DNA from: a virus
Taxonomy: Duplodnaviria > Heunggongvirae > Uroviricota > Caudoviricetes
Virus record (IMG/VR): IMGVR_UViG_2565956719_000013
Direction: 5' to 3' (one strand)
DNA: 41,123 nucleotides
A program made the translations under genes and the position numbers. The notes beneath the pieces were generated by a model, which searched no databases, was not told the origin of the DNA, and worked only from the letters and a program-made list of their open reading frames with translations. Below, one piece after another: positions 26,704 through 34,882 of the stretch (within the stretch, counting starts at the first letter, position 1; every line of letters begins with the position of its first letter).

Positions 26704-28179
26704 TTAAGCATAGGGATCGTAATCTGTAATGGCCCTTCCCTGCTGGCTTTGCTGTCCTGGTATATTTATGCGTTTCGAGACCGGGAAAGCAAACGTCAGC
26801 AGTAGCGCATCGCCTTTACCCGGCGAACGCCCAAGCCGCTCCTTGATATCTTCCTTCGGTTCGATAACGATTTTACCGTCCACTCGAACTTTGTACTCTG
26901 CCGCCGACAGGTCGTCCGCTGTTTCCTGGTCATCCAGCATGCCGCCCAGCCTCAGCCATGTCTTGCATGAGTTGAACATCTCCCCACGCTTGTTGAGCAT
27001 CTGCGGGTCAGTAGACGCGCCACCGAACGGAACAAGTTGCCATGTACGACCCCAGCCGTCACCGATTGACTTCAAACCGGTTCCGTAACCGAAGTCGATG
27101 AACACCGCGTCAGCCTGATACTGGTCTTCAAAGTCAGCGATACGCTTCGCCATAATCAGATCGTCGGTAGTCTTGTTGCCAGTCCACAGCACCTTACTGT
27201 GTAGCCCCTGCCGCAGGTATATCACCGCGTCATCAACGCCTGAATATGCCGGGTCAACACCGATTATCACCGGAGCATGTGCCACCTGCGCAGCGGTTAC
27301 CACCCGTTTCATTGCCTCGTCAGTAAGACCGGTAGGGATAAACTGCAATTCAGATGCATCAGGGAATATGCCACGCACACGGATTTTAACGAAGTCGCTA
27401 TCTTCCCCGTAGTCATCAACCCATTTCTGCAACTGCTGTTTGTTGGTGCCTTCCACCGTCCTGCTGTCAATCTGCGCAGTTTTCCAGCGGTGTTTGTATT
27501 TGCGGAAACATTCACGGAAACGCCCGGTGTTACGTGTAGGGTTTCCGAAAGCCACCCAGATAATCTCAGTGTCTTCGTCCGTTAGCGCACCCTCGGCAAC
27601 TTCCCACACCAGATCCGCAATGTTCGACGCTTCATCAAATACCACGATGATGCGTTTACGCTCGTTGTGTAGTCCGGCGAATGCCTCAGTGTTGTGCTCA
27701 GACCAGGGGATTGCGTCAGCTCGCCACCGCTTGTCGTGCCCAGGGTCATTGCTGTACATCGCGGTAGCGGTACAGGTAAACCAGTCTTTCGTGATAGCAA
27801 GGTTTGACCACTTGATAATTTCCGGCCAGGTCTTCGTTCGTAGCTGGTTGTCGGTGTTGGCGGTCACCACGACCTTACAATCCTCGCAAGTGGACATGCC
27901 CCAGTTGATCAGCATTGAGATGAATGCGGATTTACCAATACCGTGACCAGAAGCACGTGCCAGCATAAGCGGCTGATATCGCGTCTCTGGATTCTGCAGG
28001 TGATCACGTATCTCTCGGAACGCATCAGCCTGCCACTGACGTGGGCCGGTGGCATGTGCCAGTTCAGTCCCCTCTTCCCCCCATGGGAACGCATAGAGGG
28101 CATAGCCAAGCGGATCGTGAGTGAACCCTGCAATATCCTCGATTAACTGCTCTTCAGGAGATAACGCTGTATCTGTCAC
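26704..28179 (-). CDS. terminase large subunit
   Basis: 491 aa; Walker A-like ARASGHGIGKS and Walker B-like IIVVFDEAS; ATGA overlap with small subunit. Confidence 0.85.
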   Translation of the reverse strand: MTDTALSPEEQLIEDIAGFTHDPLGYALYAFPWGEEGTELAHATGPRQWQADAFREIRDHLQNPETRYQPLMLARASGHGIGKSAFISMLINWGMSTCEDCKVVVTANTDNQLRTKTWPEIIKWSNLAITKDWFTCTATAMYSNDPGHDKRWRADAIPWSEHNTEAFAGLHNERKRIIVVFDEASNIADLVWEVAEGALTDEDTEIIWVAFGNPTRNTGRFRECFRKYKHRWKTAQIDSRTVEGTNKQQLQKWVDDYGEDSDFVKIRVRGIFPDASELQFIPTGLTDEAMKRVVTAAQVAHAPVIIGVDPAYSGVDDAVIYLRQGLHSKVLWTGNKTTDDLIMAKRIADFEDQYQADAVFIDFGYGTGLKSIGDGWGRTWQLVPFGGASTDPQMLNKRGEMFNSCKTWLRLGGMLDDQETADDLSAAEYKVRVDGKIVIEPKEDIKERLGRSPGKGDALLLTFAFPVSKRINIPGQQSQQGRAITDYDPYA

Positions 28180-28775
28180 TGATTGCCATCCTGACGTTCT
28201 TTCAGTCTCTTCCTGGCTGCCGCTATGCGATCAGCAATTGTCACATTCACATTAACATCCAGGCGTTCTTTGAATGCGTTGACGTCGACGTGCTTACCAA
28301 TCAGTTCGAGGTTCTTCACCTTGTCAGGCCATTTAATTTTTTTGAGGATGCCAACCAGCTCTTTCTCGTCTCCACGGCCTTCGAACATGTCGGCCAGTTC
28401 GAAACCTGTCAGGTACTGCCGCCAGACCTTAGGCCATTCCGAGACCGGCTTGATGCTCATATCGTCGTTGAGAATGTCAATCACGTCCATCTGGTCGATC
28501 TCCACCAGGCGCATGAGAACGTAATCAGCACTGACGCGCATTCGTTTGTTGCGCTCCTCCATCAACTCGGCAATCCGTTTTTGAATGCGTTCATCGCGCA
28601 TCATGACACTGGCTTTAACTGCCGCTGTATTTGGGGAGAATCCTGCGTTAATCGCTGCCTGAGTCTGGTTTTCAGGCGTTTTGATGTATGACTGGCAATA
28701 AGCCTCCTGCATTGCTGTTAGTGGCTTAAATTGCGTTGATTTGCGTTTATAGGTTTTAGGTTCAGCAGGCATCAT
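28176..28775 (-). CDS. terminase small subunit
   Basis: start moved to ATGATG 28775-28770 (MMPAEPK...); immediately upstream of large terminase. Confidence 0.65.
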   Translation of the reverse strand: MMPAEPKTYKRKSTQFKPLTAMQEAYCQSYIKTPENQTQAAINAGFSPNTAAVKASVMMRDERIQKRIAELMEERNKRMRVSADYVLMRLVEIDQMDVIDILNDDMSIKPVSEWPKVWRQYLTGFELADMFEGRGDEKELVGILKKIKWPDKVKNLELIGKHVDVNAFKERLDVNVNVTIADRIAAARKRLKERQDGNQ

Positions 28776-28782
28776 AACCACC

Positions 28783-28814
28783 GTGGTAATAGTTACCGTT
28801 GTGGTAATAGTACC
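28783..28814. repeat. two direct copies of GTGGTAATAGT(T)ACC upstream of terS
   Basis: 28783-28797 and 28801-28814; each is a GGTAA-N3/4-TACC inverted arrangement. Confidence 0.8.
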
Positions 28815-28818
28815 ATGC

Positions 28819-28844
28819 AAAATAAAGCCGCCATAGTTGGCGGC
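28819..28844 (-). terminator. intrinsic terminator immediately upstream of terS
   Basis: GCCGCC (28827-28832) / GGCGGC (28839-28844), loop ATAGTT; minus-strand T-tract UUUAUUUU (28826-28819). Confidence 0.6.
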
Positions 28845-28885
28845 AGTATTCAAAACCCATCAAATTCATCATGCATAATCTACTC

Positions 28886-28897
28886 GTGACATGTCAC
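28886..28897. repeat. 12-bp palindrome GTGACATGTCAC (copy 1)
   Basis: perfect palindrome overlapping TGA stop (28894-28896) of the Cys-rich gene, 41 bp before terminator. Confidence 0.9.
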
Positions 28898-29232
28898 ACT
28901 ATTAATTTCGTTTCATGCCAGCCTTTAGTCACCCAGCATTGCGAGTCACCATTACACGGGCATGAATTAACGGGAACTCTCTCGCCGCACTTACCGCAAA
29001 GTTTTCTGCTGATCGATTTTATACGCCCGCGCACACGTGCATCATCCTGGCGGATCAGCAGCGCGATGTACTCGGCCATTTCATAGGGATCGCGACCAGG
29101 GCGCCGGGCGGCGCAGTTCCGCTCAAGCATTTCAATTTCCTGAGCATCAAGCACAATCTCCAGCTTACGCACACCAGATGCAGCTTGTCTGGCTCTCTGA
29201 GCGGCTTTGCGCTCTGCTGCTGATTTAGCCAT
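28894..29232 (-). CDS. basic protein with C-terminal Cys cluster (zinc-finger-like); candidate regulator
   Basis: ATG 29232 (ORF-track start 29235 is TTG); Arg/Ala-rich N-terminus, CGKCGERVPVNSCPCNGDSQC; last gene before terS. Confidence 0.5.
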   Translation of the reverse strand: MAKSAAERKAAQRARQAASGVRKLEIVLDAQEIEMLERNCAARRPGRDPYEMAEYIALLIRQDDARVRGRIKSISRKLCGKCGERVPVNSCPCNGDSQCWVTKGWHETKLIV

Positions 29233-29506
29233 CAATATTTACCTTTATCGCGAACACCTTTACCGGTTTATCGCCGAAGTGCGGATGTGTGATTGTCTTG
29301 ATTTCATATCCGTCATACGGGACGTCAATTCTGCGGCTGGAATCGTCGCGCTTCGGATATCCCTTTGTGATAATCAGGCGGTCATACTCGCGGAACATAA
29401 TTCGCTTATTCCAGTAGTCATTACACAGGCGATACTCTTCCGTTTTCTCTCCGCGAATCATGGCATCGAAGTATTCACCTTTAACGGCAAGTTGCAGGTT
29501 AGCCAC
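29225..29506 (-). CDS. small protein, possibly ASCH/PUA-like fold
   Basis: GTG start 29506 with strong AAGGAGGAAGG RBS; 93 aa; family assignment tentative. Confidence 0.4.
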   Translation of the reverse strand: MANLQLAVKGEYFDAMIRGEKTEEYRLCNDYWNKRIMFREYDRLIITKGYPKRDDSSRRIDVPYDGYEIKTITHPHFGDKPVKVFAIKVNIDG

Positions 29507-29822
29507 GACCTTCCTCCTTTGGCTTGTGAATTTGTATCGTCATGCCGCTTTGAGTGGTGACTACAACGACAGAACCAGGCTGAAGACTGTTAAGATTGAA
29601 TGCTTCGTAAAACGAAGCCAAGGCCAGCGCTTTTTTATTCTTTCGGTTCCACCAACGCCATCCATTGCTACAGGCTACACTGACAATCCACTGCCCACTC
29701 CTGTAAGCCATATAAAACCAGATGAGCAAAACCTGAATGAATGCTATCCAGTCAATAATCGTATATTTCGCGAAGGAGTCCATCACTTCACCTCCTGTCG
29801 TATATTTCGCGAAGGAGTCCAT
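29499..29822 (-). CDS. small membrane protein; N-terminus spans a 39-bp tandem duplication
   Basis: ATG 29822 overlaps DUF551 stop (TGATG); identical RBS+ATG recurs 39 bp downstream at 29783; one TM helix. Confidence 0.45.
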   Translation of the reverse strand: MDSFAKYTTGGEVMDSFAKYTIIDWIAFIQVLLIWFYMAYRSGQWIVSVACSNGWRWWNRKNKKALALASFYEAFNLNSLQPGSVVVVTTQSGMTIQIHKPKEEGRG

Positions 29823-29836
29823 CACTTCACCTCCTG
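29759..29836. repeat. perfect 39-bp tandem duplication (2 copies)
   Basis: TCGTATATTTCGCGAAGGAGTCCATCACTTCACCTCCTG at 29759-29797 and 29798-29836. Confidence 0.9.
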
Positions 29837-30580
29837 CGGCGGTTCTGGTAGCGGCATCCAGAACAAGGCGTTCCCTAACCACGATAAAGTGCCGTCGCTC
29901 AACTCCACGTATTCCCCTTGTACCTGTCCTGCCATATACTCGCCGTGCTTTGAATAAATTAAAATCCAATCATCTTGAGGGGGCATTCGCTCACTACAGC
30001 TTATCCAACCATCCGGAGTTACCGGAGAGTTGCCAGCCAGTCTACGCAAAACAGCCTTAACAGCCTCAATACGGTCATCATCGCAATTTTCCAGCGTATC
30101 TATGCGGTCGAGCATGATGATGGCGTTATCAATATCAGGATTGCCAGTCCACTCATTACCGCGATTGGATTCGGCAGCCTGGTTGCCAGATGCTGGCTGA
30201 TTGTCGGCTTGGCTATAGCTAACAGCACGGCAGGCATCCTCTACGCCTTTAACTGCATCTGCACAGTAGTTATAGCGATTGCATTCCACTAACTTCTGCT
30301 TGAGATTTTCAATTGCTTGCGCGACATCAGCCTGTATTACGGGAACGGGGGGAGCGGCGTATACTTCAATTGTCCCATTATCAATAGGCCACTCTCCATC
30401 CTTGATGTAGTCACTTGTACCGTCAACTTGCTGTTCTGCAATGTGGAATGCACCTATTGGTTTTGTCTCAAGCGATGCCAGTGCAATTCGTGCCACTTCC
30501 ATTTGTTCGCCACGGGTAAGCCCGTTATCAAGCGGATTTTTAATGAATAATTCGATACGTTCTTTGGTAATAGTGGTCAT
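29822..30580 (-). CDS. DUF551-domain protein
   Basis: AAGGTGA RBS; C-terminal WISCSERMP...FWMPLPEPP matches DUF551 pattern from memory. Confidence 0.6.
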   Translation of the reverse strand: MTTITKERIELFIKNPLDNGLTRGEQMEVARIALASLETKPIGAFHIAEQQVDGTSDYIKDGEWPIDNGTIEVYAAPPVPVIQADVAQAIENLKQKLVECNRYNYCADAVKGVEDACRAVSYSQADNQPASGNQAAESNRGNEWTGNPDIDNAIIMLDRIDTLENCDDDRIEAVKAVLRRLAGNSPVTPDGWISCSERMPPQDDWILIYSKHGEYMAGQVQGEYVELSDGTLSWLGNALFWMPLPEPPQEVK

Positions 30581-30582
30581 AG

Positions 30583-30774
30583 CTATTTCACCTTAATCTC
30601 AACATTTCGCAGCTTTAGCTCTACTGGCAGGTCTGACTTTCCGGTTAATGCTAATGCGAGATTTTCTGGAGTAATGAGAGCCGTTATTGTTTTCCCCATC
30701 GCCAGACGAATAATCATTCGTATCTCGCGATCGTCACATGCTCCCGGCCGAACAATTGAGATTTGTCCGTTCAT
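30583..30774 (-). CDS. small hypothetical protein
   Basis: ATG 30774 two nt after upstream stop; 63 aa. Confidence 0.4.
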   Translation of the reverse strand: MNGQISIVRPGACDDREIRMIIRLAMGKTITALITPENLALALTGKSDLPVELKLRNVEIKVK

Positions 30775-30775
30775 C

Positions 30776-31585
30776 TCACTCTCCTTTGATGCGAATGCCA
30801 GGGGCGCGTGGCACATTAACTTCCACGATGCGCACTGTTGGTTTGTACATCTCAATCGCTGTCAGCCAGTCAGCTCCTGTCATGCGCTTTTCCACATCGC
30901 CATTAGTCCACTGAACCGGTACACCAATAGCCTTCATCGCGATTTCTATTTCCCCGGCGATGGCGCTTTTTCCGCAACCAGTAAAACCAGAAACAACGAC
31001 AAGAACTTCGCCTTTGGCTGGTTTTATTTCCCGTGCTTCCAGTTCTGCAATGCGCTTCTCTGCGGCTTCCAGCTTCTCGCGCATATCGTCAACGTACTCG
31101 ACCAGAGATCCGCCAGCAGGAATTTCGCATTCCTCGACCAGTTGGAAGTAGATATCAGCTGCGGCCCGTGTGTTGCTATGCCTAGCGTCGCCCATCTCAC
31201 CTTCACGAAGAGCATCGCGTTCGGCGGTAAGATTGGCTATTTTGCTGTCTTTGCCTTCCAGCTCAACACGCAGTTTCCCTACCGTTAGCGCAATATCCTC
31301 GTTCTCCTGATCGCGGGATTTGATGTATTGCTGGTTCCTTTCCCGTTCATCCAGCAGCGCCAAGACGGTAGCCGGATTGGCTGCGGCGATGAATTCAGCA
31401 TCACGAGATTCGTTTTCACTGAACACCATAGCTATTTGCTCATGGTTTATGCCGTCAGTGGAGTAAATCTCATCGTCGAATTCAACAGCCCACTTACCTT
31501 TCGTAGCCTTCTCCGCCGCCTCACGCAGTGCCTGATAGTCAATCTTGCTCACTGGTTGCCTCCTTTGCGAATCTGTTCCGCCCAT
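30776..31585 (-). CDS. Ead/Ea22-like protein with C-terminal P-loop-like motif
   Basis: N-terminal IDYQALREAAEKATKGKW, central coiled coil, GFTGCGKS Walker-A-like near C-terminus; start uncertain (no clear RBS, 37-nt overlap upstream). Confidence 0.45.
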   Translation of the reverse strand: MGGTDSQRRQPVSKIDYQALREAAEKATKGKWAVEFDDEIYSTDGINHEQIAMVFSENESRDAEFIAAANPATVLALLDERERNQQYIKSRDQENEDIALTVGKLRVELEGKDSKIANLTAERDALREGEMGDARHSNTRAAADIYFQLVEECEIPAGGSLVEYVDDMREKLEAAEKRIAELEAREIKPAKGEVLVVVSGFTGCGKSAIAGEIEIAMKAIGVPVQWTNGDVEKRMTGADWLTAIEMYKPTVRIVEVNVPRAPGIRIKGE

Positions 31586-32097
31586 TCTTCAAGGGATTTC
31601 TCCGCATATTCACCGGACAGGCCATCAATCGGGTGCGGTTCATTAGCCAACTCTTCTTTCGCTGACAGAATCATGCGTGTAACGTCGAAAACTTCACGTA
31701 AAGACTTATTGATAAATCCGTGGTTGAAAGCAGCAGCAAGACGGCTTGCGGTATAGTTAATCCCCTCGTTGCGAGCCTCCGCACGAATTTCAGCCAGAAA
31801 AGCATCGGTGGCTGGAGTTTCGCTGTGGTGCAGGGCATCGTTGATAATCATTGCAGCAACTCCGGCCTGCCCTGCATCCGTGACCGACACATGCTCAAGA
31901 GTTACAGCCATTGCATGTTTCAGCCCAGCATTCTCCGCCGCCAGCGCATTAGCACGCACCAGTTGCACTTCCAGTTGCGTTGCCAAATCGCTGATCAGCT
32001 TTGCCACACTGCGCATATCAACGGCACCACATTCTGCTTTCAGTTCCGAAGCCATCTCATGCCCGGCGGCAACTAACCCTTTGATATTACTTTCCAT
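31549..32097 (-). CDS. hypothetical protein
   Basis: GAGGGT RBS; 182 aa, Ala-rich helical. Confidence 0.5.
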   Translation of the reverse strand: MESNIKGLVAAGHEMASELKAECGAVDMRSVAKLISDLATQLEVQLVRANALAAENAGLKHAMAVTLEHVSVTDAGQAGVAAMIINDALHHSETPATDAFLAEIRAEARNEGINYTASRLAAAFNHGFINKSLREVFDVTRMILSAKEELANEPHPIDGLSGEYAEKSLEEWAEQIRKGGNQ

Positions 32098-32158
32098 CTT
32101 TACCCTCGCTTATCCACATAACTTATTGATTACATTGATAACTAAAAAGATCGTCGAT

Positions 32159-32503
32159 TCAGAACTCTTCGATGTTCCAGCCACCACCTGCTTTCTTTGG
32201 CTTAACCGTTACCCCGATGATTCGGAACGGATACTGATCTGCGGCGACTTTGGTTTTCACCCTGGCGTCGTCGGTCCAGAAACCTTTCACTTCGTGCAGT
32301 TCCATCTCGCCGGTGGCGAGCATCACAGCGAAATCTGGCGTATAGAACGTGTTGTCAGCTAACCGCAGCTTGATACCCTCGAATCGATACCAGGCGATTT
32401 CCCCTGCACGTTTACGCAGCTCAAGGTGCTGGCAATACGCAGATTCAGTTTTGTTCATCTGGCCTGTTTTGAGTCGACCAAGAGCCTGTATCTGTTTTCT
32501 CAT
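32159..32503 (-). CDS. DUF1064-like phage protein
   Basis: 114 aa; pattern QHLELRKRAGEIAWYRFEGIKL recalled for DUF1064; RBS lies inside the dyad at 32507. Confidence 0.5.
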   Translation of the reverse strand: MRKQIQALGRLKTGQMNKTESAYCQHLELRKRAGEIAWYRFEGIKLRLADNTFYTPDFAVMLATGEMELHEVKGFWTDDARVKTKVAADQYPFRIIGVTVKPKKAGGGWNIEEF

Positions 32504-32506
32504 GAT

Positions 32507-32521
32507 TTACCTCTTAGGTAA
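32507..32521. promoter_or_regulatory. operator-like dyad TTACC-N5-GGTAA overlapping RBS
   Basis: TTTACCtcttaGGTAAT, 4 nt upstream of ATG 32503. Confidence 0.5.
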
Positions 32522-32568
32522 TTAAAAACCACATAAGACACGAAATCAATAGATTTTAGAACATTTTA

Positions 32569-32583
32569 TTACCTAACAGGTAA
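32569..32583. promoter_or_regulatory. operator-like dyad TTACC-N5-GGTAA
   Basis: ATTACCtaacaGGTAAT between P-like gene stop and DUF1064 gene. Confidence 0.55.
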
Positions 32584-32620
32584 TTATCGAGACGTAAAAA
32601 AATGCGCTATCGCGCTGGTA

Positions 32621-33421
32621 TTACTTGATAAATCCTGCCGCCTTTCCCCGCCTGTACTCCTCCATCAGCCACTGCGCCGGTGTTATTCCACCAAGGGTGG
32701 CGGCGTTAGGCATGCACCCGAAACTTCGCCCTGGTGGATGGTAAACGTCTCTCCCTGTGTCCGGAGGTGTACTCATGGGCTCTGGCTTTGCCTGTATGCT
32801 GATCACCGGATCGGGTATCTGCTGTCCCGAAGCCACCTTTTTCGCCCAATCATCGAGCAGCCTGCGCGCGTGTTTCTCAACCTCAATCTCGCTAAGCTGG
32901 CGCTGATACATTGCACGGCGGGTATCACATACGACCCAGTACATAACCGGATGCCGCCACGGGAATCTTTCGGGACCACCAGGATATAAACTTTTTTCCT
33001 TGCTGTACCGGTGAAACTCCGCCATCACATCGTCAATGGTGACGCCAAGAACCATCTTGCTGTCTTTGCACCACTTGATAAATTGCCCTGGAGACGGCCA
33101 GAACGGAGATTCACTGGCGCGGGCGTGGCGCATACCAGCAGAAACCTGTTCACGGGTTCGGATCCCCCCTTCGGCAAACGCAGCAATCCACTGCTGTTTT
33201 GCAGCAACTTCCTGCTCTGGCGTCTTCAGGTTGGTTACCACTGCCGCCGGAAACAGTTGTTTCAGCTGTTTAAAAAGGGCATCAACAAGCCTCTCTGCTG
33301 ACATGTTCACCACATTGTCATTGTTGACGTACTGATGCTCATAACCTGACATGCGAGAAAGGGCTTCTCCGTCACGGTTTTGTATCGCGGTAAAAACGTT
33401 GTTCACAAGAAATCCTCCCAT
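32621..33421 (-). CDS. replication protein P-like (helicase loader)
   Basis: QEVAAKQQWIAAFAEGGIRTREQVSAGMRHARASESPFWPSPGQFIKWCKD closely parallels lambda P as recalled; true start may be an internal ATG (33352). Confidence 0.7.
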   Translation of the reverse strand: MGGFLVNNVFTAIQNRDGEALSRMSGYEHQYVNNDNVVNMSAERLVDALFKQLKQLFPAAVVTNLKTPEQEVAAKQQWIAAFAEGGIRTREQVSAGMRHARASESPFWPSPGQFIKWCKDSKMVLGVTIDDVMAEFHRYSKEKSLYPGGPERFPWRHPVMYWVVCDTRRAMYQRQLSEIEVEKHARRLLDDWAKKVASGQQIPDPVISIQAKPEPMSTPPDTGRDVYHPPGRSFGCMPNAATLGGITPAQWLMEEYRRGKAAGFIK

Positions 33422-34218
33422 GCTTCAGGGCTGTTCCAGTGCGGAACGTTGTTATCAGGTAATGTTGATTGCTTCTGTCTGCTAATCTGCAGCCGCCTTG
33501 CCAGCTTCTGCTCCCACTGTGCCTGATGGTATGCCTTACCCTCAGCCATCCAGTAAATTCTGAACTCTGCAAGTTCCTGTGCCGTTGGCAGACTGTCCAG
33601 GTAGATCCCCTGCAATGAGCTTTTCCGAAGAAAGTCATCTGATGGCTGCCATTGTTCATGCATGACAAATTTGCCTAATTGCCCTGGCCCACCAGGAGGA
33701 ACAAAGTTATTCATCACGGCGTTGTTTGCGCCGGGGTCATGAGGCACAGAATCCCCGCTTTTTGTCCTGCTCTCCCTCTCTTGGTTAAATGACTGGTTAT
33801 ATGACTGGTTCTGGATCCCGTTTTTGGGATCATTCAACATCCCGTTTTTGGGATCATTCAACATCCCGTTTTTGGGTATATTCCCATTTTCGGTAACATT
33901 ACCGTTTTCGGGTTCATTACCCCCTTCCCGGTTGCCTTTAATGTTCCCGTTTTTGGTTATATTAAGAGAGAAAACCCGCACTCTTTTCGTCGCTCCCTTT
34001 CTCTCTCCGGTATCTGAAATAAGCCCCATTTTCATGAGCGATATAAGCCCGGCCTGCACGGTTTTTTTATTCAGGCAAGTGTCTTTAACGAGGCGTTCTA
34101 TGCTGGGGTAGCAGAGGTTATATTCATCGGCTCTGTCAGCCATCGAGAGCAGTATGAGCTTTAATGACGAGCTACCTGGATCTGTCTCCCAGGCCCAATC
34201 TGTTGCATGTCTGCTCAT
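33403..34218 (-). CDS. replication initiator, O-like, with origin iterons inside the gene
   Basis: GGAGAT RBS; N-terminal HTH-like region; central NG(N/M)-repeat peptide encoded by DNA iterons. Confidence 0.6.
   Translation of the reverse strand: MSRHATDWAWETDPGSSSLKLILLSMADRADEYNLCYPSIERLVKDTCLNKKTVQAGLISLMKMGLISDTGERKGATKRVRVFSLNITKNGNIKGNREGGNEPENGNVTENGNIPKNGMLNDPKNGMLNDPKNGIQNQSYNQSFNQERESRTKSGDSVPHDPGANNAVMNNFVPPGGPGQLGKFVMHEQWQPSDDFLRKSSLQGIYLDSLPTAQELAEFRIYWMAEGKAYHQAQWEQKLARRLQISRQKQSTLPDNNVPHWNSPEAWEDFL
33815..33959. repeat. origin-like iteron array
   Basis: ATCCCGTTTTTGGGAT at 33815, 33839, 33863 (24-bp spacing) plus degenerate copies at 33881, ~33899, 33944; adjacent ATGACTGGTT x2 at 33789-33810. 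Confidence 0.6.
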
Positions 34219-34233
34219 GATTAATCTCCGCTA

Positions 34234-34434
34234 TCAGCTTGAATGTTGTGGGGAGGAATTAATCATGATCTGCTTAATCTCTGCCCTGATGCGACGGTTT
34301 GATTCCATGGTGCACTCAACACAGTGTCCGTTGTAAACCCAGCGTTCACTGTCATGTCCGTGCTTACATGGTTTTCCGGTGTAGTAGCGTTTAAGTCCGC
34401 GCTTTGCGGCATCAATACGTGTAATGATTTCCAT
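34234..34434 (-). CDS. small Cys-rich (zinc-ribbon-like) protein
   Basis: ATG 34434; 66 aa with CKHGH...CVEC; first gene after cro-like terminator. Confidence 0.4.
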   Translation of the reverse strand: MEIITRIDAAKRGLKRYYTGKPCKHGHDSERWVYNGHCVECTMESNRRIRAEIKQIMINSSPQHSS

Positions 34435-34514
34435 GGTAAGCCCTGTTATTAGTATTGGGATTACGGTCATTTTGTGCTGACACAAAAAAAAGATCAACCA
34501 GATTTGGTTATTTA

Positions 34515-34529
34515 TTACCTTTGAGGTAC
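34515..34529. promoter_or_regulatory. operator-like dyad, imperfect (TTACC-N5-GGTAC)
   Basis: ATTACCtttgaGGTACG just downstream of cro-like terminator. Confidence 0.4.
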
Positions 34530-34537
34530 GAATAGAT

Positions 34538-34562
34538 ATGAAAAGACCGCCGGGTGGCGGTC
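34538..34562 (-). terminator. intrinsic terminator after cro-like gene
   Basis: GACCGCC (34545-34551) / GGCGGTC (34556-34562), loop GGGT; minus-strand UUUUCAU. Confidence 0.55.
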
Positions 34563-34584
34563 TACAGAGGGTTGTAGCTGGATA

Positions 34585-34815
34585 TCATGAGTAGAAGAAG
34601 TATGCCAGTTCTGCTTTTGAGCGCAGCCATTGTCTTGTTTTACAGGCTTTAAAAAGCCCATTCATCAATACTTTACCTGGCATTTTGCGCTTACCTGTTA
34701 AGTGAGTCTGGATATAGTGACTCGTCGTTCCGGCTTCCTGTGCGAAGGCTTCACGCTCATCCGGAGTAAGTGCAAGCCAGTGCTTTTTGAAATCGAAATG
34801 TCCGTTATCGCTCAT
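34585..34815 (-). CDS. Cro-like small DNA-binding regulator
   Basis: 76 aa; HTH-like EREAFAQEAGTTSHYIQTHL; divergent from CI-like gene; transcribed toward replication genes. Confidence 0.55.
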   Translation of the reverse strand: MSDNGHFDFKKHWLALTPDEREAFAQEAGTTSHYIQTHLTGKRKMPGKVLMNGLFKACKTRQWLRSKAELAYFFYS

Positions 34816-34882
34816 AGCTATTGCCTGATATTTATTTCAGATAATAAATATTCACCCATAAGGTAACAAAAATCAAGGATAG

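Noticed and set aside
33815-33959. Regularly spaced short repeats that could suggest a CRISPR array
   Set aside because: Repeats are 16 bp with 8-bp spacers, lie inside a coding gene in frame with a peptide repeat, and have no cas genes nearby; they are origin iterons.
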